DNA of 59,208 bases, counting the filler, from Basidiobolus ranarum (Eukaryota): NCBI GenBank assembly GCA_040143965.1. It is 5 parts of 5 records of this genome, joined end to end, with 100 filler letters (N's around TTAATTAATTAA, not from the genome) between each part and the next. Parts side by side here need not be neighbours in the genome. Positions count along the whole stretch, not along the records: positions 47,487 to 59,208 come from JASJQH010007467.1; 4 more parts are not named here. One strand, written 5' to 3'. The position numbers were made by a program, and so were the translations under genes. Positions 50,215-59,208 of the stretch are shown here, in pieces. The first letter of the stretch is position 1. Every line of letters begins with the position of its first letter. The notes beneath the pieces are model-generated. The model was given only the letters and a program-made list of their open reading frames with translations. It ran no database searches and was not told the DNA's origin.

Positions 50215-51290
50215 ATGAGACTCATTCCTACCTTGACTTTCTGCTGTGCAGCCATCTCCTTGATATCTGCAGCTCCTCTGGCTAAACGTGGAGGATCAGA
50301 GATCTCTTCAGCAACCAAGGAGATGTTAATTCGCCACGGTAACTATGCTGCCGCTAGTTACTGTTTGAAGTCGCGTGTCGTCAAGTGGGACTGTGGTAGT
50401 CGTTGTGTAGGAGATGTCCAAGTAACATCATACTTTGACGATTTATTTACTGGACTTGCCGGCTATGTTGGAGTAAATCATAAAGAAAAGACCATTATTG
50501 TTGCATTTAGAGGGTAACTAGCATAAAAAATATCCTCATACCTATAAACTAACTGACCCGATTTTCCCCCTATAGATCAGCCAACATCCGCAACTGGCTT
50601 CACGATTTTGATTTTCTACCTTTGAACTTTGCCTATCCTGATGCCGAAAAAGATACTCTGGTTCACGGTGGGTTCTTGAAAGCATTTAATAGTGTATCGG
50701 AAGATGTTATTTCTGGGTTAAAGCAGGTTGTAGATCAACTTCCAAACAACCCTGATGACTATCAGCTCTTAGTGACTGGACATTCACTCGTAAGTCGTCT
50801 TTGCCTCTTCAACTAGAGAAAATGGAACTAACAATTCTCTATGTTACAGGGTGGTGCAGTTGCAGTTCTTGGTGCTATGGAGATCAAGAATCACCTACTG
50901 AATCCCAAGAGTCCCCGTTGTATCACTCCACCAGCCAAAACCATTAATCCTGCGAAGATTCTTCTTCATACTTACGGACAGCCTAGAGTTGGAAATGAGA
51001 AGTTTGCCAAATTAGCATACAAAACCATTTCAAACTCCACTGTTAGTGACAACATGATTCGTGTTACATCCAAAAGTGATCCTGTTCCCCACCTTCCTCC
51101 GGATATTATTGGATTCAAGCACTCCCCTCACGAGGTATATATCCATTGGTTCACTGGAAAAACTGTTAGTTGCAACGACGGATCTAGCAGCCCAATTACT
51201 GAAGACAGGAACTGTATCCGTGGTTACTTGCCAGTGGATATCATCTCTCATATGACATACTGGGATCTCAAGTTTGGCCCTTGGTGCTAG
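50215..51290 (+). CDS. Secreted class 3 lipase (fungal triacylglycerol lipase), 3 exons
   Basis: Signal peptide and KR site, AASYC, IIVAFRG|S, VHGGF, VTGHSL|GGA nucleophile motif split by an intron, TYGQPRVGN, DPVPHLPP, C-terminal SH. Confidence 0.95.
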
Positions 51291-53392
51291 TTTGATAACT
51301 ACCTATTTACATACATATTAATATAATGAATCTATCATCCATGAAATAAAGCATACACGCTTTGTAGTAACTACATCTAAGAAAGACTGCTTGCTCAAGT
51401 AACTAAATCGGTACTATTTCCGAATATGCGGGGGTGGAAATAGTACAAGCTAGTAGAGTAGGGATCTACTTGGTCCTTTGTGCAACACACAGGTCATATG
51501 AGCATCCAATCATTTTTCATAGTTGGTATCATATGATGGTGGGTGTACTACGTTTTACAGTCGCCCTGTTGTAACGTAATATGCATTCATATCATTATTC
51601 AATGTTGAACCATTTAGTAACCAACGTTTTTTTCGTTACCCAGCATAAGAGCAACTTGAGAATGTTACACCAGAGTGTCACTACAATGTCACAAAGGATG
51701 TTGTAAATTGATACACACTGTACGCTTTTTGCCAGTTACTGGTAGTGAATTGCATGAGCAAAACCAACATTATTGCACTATTACATATCTATTTTAGTAA
51801 TGCCATGGAGGGGGTCAACTAGATTAACAGCTACTAGTCTACAAAAAATGTAGATATGAGCCAATATTGACCAGGTTGCAACCGGTAAAGAGACTCATGC
51901 TGTATCCAGTACAATTCCTGGAATTTAAAGATGATAGCCCAGATGGAACAATGAATGCCCTAGAATGGATCGCTGTAAGAGCTGCTTGTTTGACCAGGCT
52001 TTCCGTAACCAGATTTTTCGAATAAATTGGCATTCATATCAAGTGCTAACCATAGTTATATCAACTAATGTACAATATTTTAGTAATCACTTTCAGTATT
52101 TACTGCCGCTTATTGTCACTCGTAAGTGGAGAACGTTGCTGCAATAGGGACACTAATACTGGGGGTATAGCTCTATGCAAGCAGCTTTTACTATACCATT
52201 AACTGACAGTTCACACTTTTAAAATATGATGCGCCTATAATATCCGTCTCCTGCACTATATTCCACCATATACGACATAGTATTATTCACAGATTAAAGA
52301 AACTATATCTTACATTGAAATTGTGTCCGATGAAAAACTGGTCTGGAGCTGAACTTGTGATCTTTGTATCGTACAGGGTAAACATATCATGATGTATTGT
52401 CTTTGGGCAGCAATAGAAGGAACTGAAAACGAAGATTCATATAAACAGCTTCACGGGTCTCTAATAATCCAATGAAATAAGAAACCTAATTCCAATCGAT
52501 AAAGGGTCTATGTTTATCAGTAGGAGAGCATTGATGGGCTATATAATACTATACAAATGTCTCTACTGCGAATATCCACTTCGTTAAAAGCTGTAGAGTA
52601 GGCAAATAGTATCATCACTACTCTAATCGAAAATATTTTACCCCTAGATTGAGACCGGGCACATATGCCAATAAAAGCCTCTCTTAATACTTCAACATCT
52701 CTATTCCAAGTAAGTTGTCAGTTTCAATATTTGACTTAAGAATAGATTAGGCACATTTATGAGCTACAATAATGATGACTGTGGCTGGATTTAAGACAAA
52801 CGATCATGTGCATATAGCACGTTGCATAGTTTTCATGTTATCTATTGCATGAACACCGAATGTTTGTTAATCACCATTACTTATGCTCAATTAGCACACT
52901 TAAGTGGCATTAAATTTAATATACAATTTTATCGGTTTCAAACGACGGAAAAACGAAAGAGCCACCAATAGTGTGTGTAAGGAGGGGGATTCATACCAAC
53001 AATCACCACATACAGAGAGGTATCAGGATTAACCATCCTATCTCGATTTATTCGATCGTAGTGAATATACCATATATGATAGAATATGAAAATGAACCCT
53101 TCATGTGCATCACTATTACGTAGGTTTTCACTACGATTTTGATGGACTATGAAACCTCAGAGTGATACTCAATAGGGATTTGCGATACTCTTGAATGATA
53201 AAGCATATTCTACAGCCTATAGGCCGTTGTGTTCTATCTGCTGACATGTATTGTATCAGTGACCAATGACCTCTTGGCCATATATATGTTTACTCCTCCG
53301 AAATCACCGCCTACGAGATGAACCAAATTCAACTAGAAGGTCACCATCAGTTAGTTACTAACTAAAAAATCGTTCAATTGAACCTTGCAAAG

Positions 53393-53830
53393 GTGGTCAC
53401 TTGGTATTTTCCTTACTCAATCGGTATAAATCCATTAAGGAATATGGATGATGTTTGGCAGCAACATATTCAGGAGTATAACATCGATGTCAAGCTTCTC
53501 GATACTACCCTTATTCCAATACTGATCCGAACACAGGAAGATGTTGAGCGAGCTCTTCAGCAGGTTCCAACACTCAAGCAGCTTAGTTGTACTGAGGGCT
53601 CAATCCAAAGCCCGTTTGGTCACGGCGAGTCCGGTATAGGACATTTGAAAGCGGCTATTTGGCCCCAAATACAAGCTGGATTGGTTAAGCGGAATGTCCT
53701 TAGTGATGCGTCCCAGATGACAGATTTCATTGATAAATACTTTATGAAACTACAGCGGTTGTATGATGGCTACCATTAGGAGATGTTAACTATGCTTTTT
53801 ATCACCATTGAAAAAGTGACTGATATTTAA
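53393..53830 (+). pseudogene. C-terminal fragment of a SABATH-like SAM-dependent carboxyl methyltransferase (frameshift plus internal stop)
   Basis: After a ctaac...aag acceptor the frame reads GGHLVFSL, as in ELxPGGxLV. It shifts to MDDVW...TLIPILIRTQEDV (IPxYxRxxEEV-like). A TAG at 53777 precedes a terminal strand MLFITIEK. The N-terminal SAM-binding exons were not found. Confidence 0.55.
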
Positions 53831-54468
53831 CTATAAGGATAGCAAATATAGGACCCAATCGGTGAATATAAGCAATAAAGTTGCTACACAATTCAATACT
53901 CATTGATTTCAGAATTCAATAGATGTGTTAAATAAGCACTTAGTATTAGGCTTTGTATTAGGCACTTGAGAAAATGCATCCTCATGGGGTTTTAAATGGA
54001 CAGCGCTCAGCTTCATTTCCTAGTCCATTTGATACAACAATAACCTTGCATCACTTGCTAATTTACCATCATTCTAGTTATTCAACACACTCTAGTGAGA
54101 TATGAAGATATTACATATGATATTTGCGTTGTACTTCTTGGAACAGTGTATTTATCGGCCGGTGGACGAGACTTCATACACACAATCCAGCAGCTAGATC
54201 TGTATTTACAAATTCAATTATTACACAAACTGTTGGTAAAGATCCTGGAATTCAGTTATTAATGCTAAATATCTTTTCAGGGAGAACAACCTTACATCTG
54301 CTCAATATTGTACCTGGAATGTTACTGTGGCTATTATGCCATACTTAAGAGATTATGTCAAAGATACTAATGTATTAGTGATAGATTAGCTAATAAAATG
54401 ATATGTTGGGATCTAAATATATATATCTGTTTGAAAATAATCATGAGTAAATTATTGGACATACAATT

Positions 54469-54549
54469 TGTTAAAGTATTTTGGGAGTTGTTGGAAGTGA
54501 TATGGAGAACTAGAGGAATTCACAGTTTTCACTTAATGATTAATTGAGT
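54469..54549. repeat. Fragment of the same LTR family (tgttaaag end)
   Basis: tgttaaagtattttgggag.tgttggaagtga.atggagaa.tagaggaatt...tttcactta.tgatt.attgagt matches 58521-58601. Confidence 0.8.
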
Positions 54550-55720
54550 GTAAGTTGCTTTTTATACGTAATTCACATTAGAAATATGTCTGATGGTCTA
54601 AGGTATATATCGAAGTTGATCCGTTGTTGGTTAACTTTGATGAGCTGTATATTAAAGAATATAGTTATCTATACCTTATACTTATATTTTCGGGAAGGTC
54701 CAAGTATTTTGGATAATATAAATAGAAAGATATCGTCAGACGTGTACTCATCGAAAATAAATACCGCGAGGAATGCAATTGGAAGCTGCTTTTCGAGTAA
54801 AGCTAGGGCAACTTGAAAGTGATGCCAAGCTTTTTACTGCTGCTGATATTTCATAATGAATGGTGCTCTTCATGTGCCTCCTGAATAGGAATAAATTAAG
54901 CTAAACATGCACTGAAAGGGATTTTTCCAGTTTTCATATTCATGCCTGCACAAAGTGGCTTTAGATATCAAATTAGTAATATAATCAAGTTCTACTGTAC
55001 TGCAATAACAAGCCCTTACGGTAATATGGTAAGAGTATGTTTTGATCCCAAATTTAAGCGATTTAACCAATTCTAGTGATGAAAATGCGGAACATAGAAT
55101 GATGCGTTGTTGTGATGGCCGATTAAAAATACCTACTTGTACTTCGATGCTGGGTTTGAGTAAATAGATTTTCAGAAATTTCTTGGCCAACACAGCACAT
55201 ACTTTTTGGTCGTTTTTTCTCTAAACGTAAACATGGCCAGAGTAGGATGTTTTTGACAACTAATATCGGAAACACTAACCAATATGCGCTGAGAGGGTAG
55301 AATTAAATCATTGTAACCATAAGAAAATCACCACAATTTCCTTGAAATCTCAAAAGATAGGATTCTGCGGAGTATCTGATTTGCTGAAACTCTAGCAGCA
55401 GTCAATACATATCTGCTAAAAGGTTTTTAGATTGTGGTAAGCTTTATTTCCCGGAAAATACAGTGAAAGAGTTTTACAGGTAAAGGAATGGAGAAACTGC
55501 GTCTATGAACCTTGGTATTCTAACAGATATACAAATTCTTAGGCACTGATATCAATATATGTTTGTAGAATGTTCCAATGCCTGGGTTGCTTCGATAGGA
55601 ATTCCTGCGCTATATTAGATAAATAATGTTGCACAACATGATCGATTCTTCACAATAAATTTCATGCCGTTACTACGTTGTATGTTAACTCTGAGTAACT
55701 AGACATAGCGTAGCTTTAGG

Positions 55721-57238
55721 TCAAGGTTGGATACTCTGCGGATTCTGAAAAACATTCATTGGGTCGTATTTTCGTTTAATGTCGATGAGGCGCTTCACAT
55801 TATTACCAAAATAGGATTGCAAGGGATTTTGAAGTTCAAGAGATACATAACCTTGATATGAACCTCCATTAGAATATGGCCAGAGAAGATTGAACATGTT
55901 TTTGCTCCACGTATGGGCAATCTCGTCAACTAAGGGTGCACCCGTGATGTATATGCCAAATTCTATTTGAAATAAAATTCCCTGTCTATGTGGATAAGGT
56001 GTCATTGACGTCGACTGCGTTGCAAATATGCCACCAAACGCTTCGATATTTACATAGGTGATGCTAGGGGCAATCGTTAACTGTTGATTAAACTGGGCCA
56101 AGATATGGTCGGGTAGTTCTTGAGTAAAAAATAAGCTTCTAGCATAGGATTTTTCATTTTCCGTGATGTCTTTGTAAACTAGAGTAGAAAAAGATGCATG
56201 ATCTTGACAAGAATCGTCGAAATTGAAGAACATTTTAGCACCAAGAGCAGAGCACGATTTTGTGTATAAGACGGGGACACCAATATCCAACAATCCACTC
56301 TCCTTCAATACCTCATCAAGTTGTTCCATGGTCCCCAAAAAATGCCCATAAATACGAAGAAACACAGGAAGGTGCTGAAGGTACATGGTGAGCTTCTCTG
56401 TTGTTTTGGGTGCCCAGCGCAGCCATCGTTTTAGTACTTCTACTGTATCTAAGGGCGTCCAGGTGATATGAAACATGCTAATCAAAGGTGTTCTTACAAG
56501 TTGTAGAGTATAAGAAAGAACTAGACCAAATGTTCCTCCTCCTCCTCCCCTTAACGCCCAAAATAAATCAGGATGTTGATTTTCACTTGCTTGAATAATT
56601 TCACCATGATGATTTACGACTGTCGCAGATTGAATATAAACCGCAGATATACCAAATTTTCTTGCCACTGGTCCATATCCACCAGAACTCACAAGTCCTC
56701 CCAAGCCAACCGTAGGGCAAGTTCCTGCTGGAAACGTTAGTTCTGGATTAAACTTGTGGATTGCTAAATATAGATCTCCCAGGGCGATACCAGCTTGAAC
56801 TATAGCTGTATTTCCACGAGCGGCAACAAGTTTGTTCATATTTGAAATATCTATAACGAGAGTGCCAGTAGTGGTCGAAAAAGACTCAAAGCTGTGGCCC
56901 CCACTACGGGGTGTTACCACCACCTTTGCGGAAACTGCACACTTGACAAGCTTCTGTACTTGATCGTCTGACCGAGCATAAGCAACGGCTATCGGTGTAT
57001 TAATTACTCTAGTTCTCTTTCCCAATCTTGCCGTGTTGTAGCGCAATATATCACTAGGAAGAACAACATCAGCTTTGGTTTGCATTAAGCAGAGGGTAAA
57101 AGTCTCATTTTCCCTACTAGCAGGCACAATAGTGTCGAGGGGTAGAGGCGGTAAACTCAGCTGACTGAATACGCTTGTAATAGAGCATGCGAAAGTAAAG
57201 AGCAATGTAAAATTAGATGAAGAACATGTAGGTTTCAT
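55721..57238 (-). CDS. Secreted FAD-linked oxidase, berberine bridge enzyme-like (VAO/PCMH, AA7-like)
   Basis: Intronless 505 aa with a signal peptide. RSGGHSFE and AGTCPTVGLGG provide the His and Cys for bicovalent FAD. PDLFWALRGGGGGTFG. BBE tail YFGNNVKRLIDIKRKYDPMNVFQNPQSI. Confidence 0.93.
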   Translation of the reverse strand: MKPTCSSSNFTLLFTFACSITSVFSQLSLPPLPLDTIVPASRENETFTLCLMQTKADVVLPSDILRYNTARLGKRTRVINTPIAVAYARSDDQVQKLVKCAVSAKVVVTPRSGGHSFESFSTTTGTLVIDISNMNKLVAARGNTAIVQAGIALGDLYLAIHKFNPELTFPAGTCPTVGLGGLVSSGGYGPVARKFGISAVYIQSATVVNHHGEIIQASENQHPDLFWALRGGGGGTFGLVLSYTLQLVRTPLISMFHITWTPLDTVEVLKRWLRWAPKTTEKLTMYLQHLPVFLRIYGHFLGTMEQLDEVLKESGLLDIGVPVLYTKSCSALGAKMFFNFDDSCQDHASFSTLVYKDITENEKSYARSLFFTQELPDHILAQFNQQLTIAPSITYVNIEAFGGIFATQSTSMTPYPHRQGILFQIEFGIYITGAPLVDEIAHTWSKNMFNLLWPYSNGGSYQGYVSLELQNPLQSYFGNNVKRLIDIKRKYDPMNVFQNPQSIQP

Positions 57239-58520
57239 TTTTGTAATGGAACCAAATTCTATAGGCGCTTCAAGAGATTGCTCGAATATTTAATAAAAAA
57301 TTAATACTGAAATATTGGGGTATATTCTCCTGAGGTAAATGCGGGAGCAACTAGCAACTGATAACGGAGGTACGACGGGGATGACATTGTTCTGCTCCTT
57401 GACATGCATGAATGTAAGTGCACTGATGCAAAAAGGAGTACGATTAGGGAGATTGTTTTGATTGCCATACTAGCAAGATATATGCTAACTCACCTCTACT
57501 GACAATTGAATTCTTTGTATTCACGTAGCGTAGCAATCTGTACTAAACCTTGTGTACATTTAGCATTACTCATTGACAAGCCAAAATCAAATTTGTTATA
57601 TTCTGTGATATCTGGGACAATTTCAAATTCTGCTCTTCGTGATCATACCGTACTAAACTGCACAAAATATGTAAAGGTTGATAATGTATAATGGATGACA
57701 TATATCTTTCATAATATACCTAGAATCTAGAATATCTTTTAAATATATATTGCCATAACTTATGACAATATATATTGTATCTTAAAATAAATTCTATACT
57801 TATCTTGTTCTCTATGATATACATATATATTTGCTATATCTAGATTACATCACCTTATGTATACCATAAGTTAGGAGAAGAAAAATATCAGCAGGTACTT
57901 CTCTACAGATAAACAAACTGATGTATACACATTGCAAGTCCGAGCAGTATCTTAGAAAATGGCAGTAGTTGACCATCATTTTCTTTGGTAACAAGGTCAA
58001 TTTTGTTGTTGGAATTTATAAACTCATTTACTGTGTGCAGTAGATACCTGTTTGGCTTTGAGGGGAGGATAAGAACCTAGTGGTGTAGCCTTTATTTAGT
58101 TATATTAGCTATGCTGGAGCATTCATTAACAACATAAATAGCATCGTTAAAACTTCCTAACTATTCCTTCAAAGGTAATACTAATATCAAGCAGTTGCAT
58201 TGTGCCCAGAACATCTGTGGGAGGAAATTACAGGTTCCGCACTGCTAATTTTTGGGTATACAAAAAGTAAATATCTTGTGTTCTCATTTTTGATGAAGCA
58301 AAACTTTCTTAACCGACTTTGATTGGATATATAAAATAGTATATTTGTGAAGTTTGGGATAACTAGTTGGATATGCATTGAAATATTTATTCAGAATGCT
58401 AGTGCTAAATTGCTGCCATAAATGTATGTTTAAAAAAAATTCATTTCAACACACAGGAATTTGATTTAACTTCCGTGGTCAATGAGGTATTTTATCCATA
58501 TCAACCTTCCAACCATTCTA

Positions 58521-58970
58521 TGTTAAAGTATTTGGGAGCCTGTTGGAAGTGGATTGGAGAGTTAGAGGAATTGGTGTTTTTCACTTATTGATTCATTGAG
58601 TACTCAGTTGACATTTATAGTTTTGTCAAGATGTAAACAGACTAACATGTAGAATATGTTAGGGAAGGTCCCATGAACATGTGTGCACAGTTTGGGGCTT
58701 CTAGCATAAGTTTCAACTATCTATATATCCAAGACCTTCTAAGTTGGTAAAAATATTCTAAGTAAATTCCAATTGAAAATAATGGATAGTATCTTGTTGA
58801 AATATAGGATAACTAAGTACTAAGCTATATATGACTCTATCAGTACTTAGGCAATACTAATATCAACACTCTCCCTCAACTGAATAGTCATATAAACTAA
58901 TCCAAACAAAGGTCTAAATATCTCAAATTTCTATCTGCCTAATGGCTTGGTTAATATATCAGCAATTGTC
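58521..58970 (-). mobile_element. 3' end of a degenerate Ty1/copia element: end of RNase H, polypurine tract and complete 348-bp 3' LTR (58521-58868)
   Basis: The minus strand reads IADILTKPLGR*KFE..., then the PPT ttgagggagag directly before TGTTGA...TTAACA (TG..CA termini with a short inverted repeat). Confidence 0.85.
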
Positions 58971-59208
58971 ATGATTCTGATCTTGGCATACTGATCCACT
59001 ACAAATAGAACTCCTCTATTATTAGATTATGACATCATATCTGCTGTGCTATCCCTTCTCAGCAATCTGGTGTCAGTTCATCCAGATTACCTTATATGTA
59101 AGTCATGTCCTTTGGAACATTCCATTAAACCTAACCAATCATGTCATCCCACACATAGTGTATTTCTGCCAAGACCTTCCATGGAAGGTCACCTGATCAT
59201 CCTTACAT

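Noticed and set aside
53777-53830. Programmed stop-codon readthrough at TAG in the methyltransferase-like ORF
   Set aside because: The same fragment also has a frameshift and lacks 5' exons, so pseudogene decay is the simpler explanation.
1-59208. tRNA, rRNA, CRISPR arrays, riboswitches or SECIS/selenoprotein signals
   Set aside because: No cloverleaf, repeat-spacer array or conserved in-frame TGA at a catalytic Cys was seen by eye. A covariance-model scan would be needed to exclude small RNAs.

Overview
Eukaryotic DNA (roughly 35-40% GC by eye) with many short GT-AG introns. It is most likely from an early-diverging fungus (Zoopagomycota/Mucoromycota, Basidiobolus-like); this is inferred from gene content and the minor intron, not from a search. 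The window is not one locus. It is five ~11.7-11.8 kb contigs in descending size order, joined by artificial 100-nt N44-TTAATTAATTAA-N44 spacers. Contig 1: FRG1, a tetraspanin, HPC2/ubinuclein, a Crz1-like C2H2 factor and RPS27. Contig 2: a secreted cyclophilin, Sec9/SNAP-25, GCP2/Spc97, a second tetraspanin and a DUF1348 gene. Contig 3: a truncated guanine deaminase, an MFS transporter, an F-box protein and a P5 ATPase. Contig 4: a TIP30/Fmp52-like protein, a pRiA4b-ORF3-like protein, a triple-KH protein, CipC, a tyrosinase and a FEX fluoride channel. Contig 5: copia relics, a class 3 lipase, a SABATH-like pseudogene and a BBE-like oxidase. The strongest leads are (1) a divergent P5-type ATPase with a signal peptide, a Cys-rich ectodomain and a non-canonical M4 motif (SPLLP), (2) a U12-type AT-AC minor intron in GCP2, (3) a CipC protein with a prion-like (N/Q)QGY repeat tail, (4) signal-peptide versions of guanine deaminase and an active-site-altered cyclophilin, and (5) complete CpG loss in transposon relics. 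All family calls come from motif recognition by eye.
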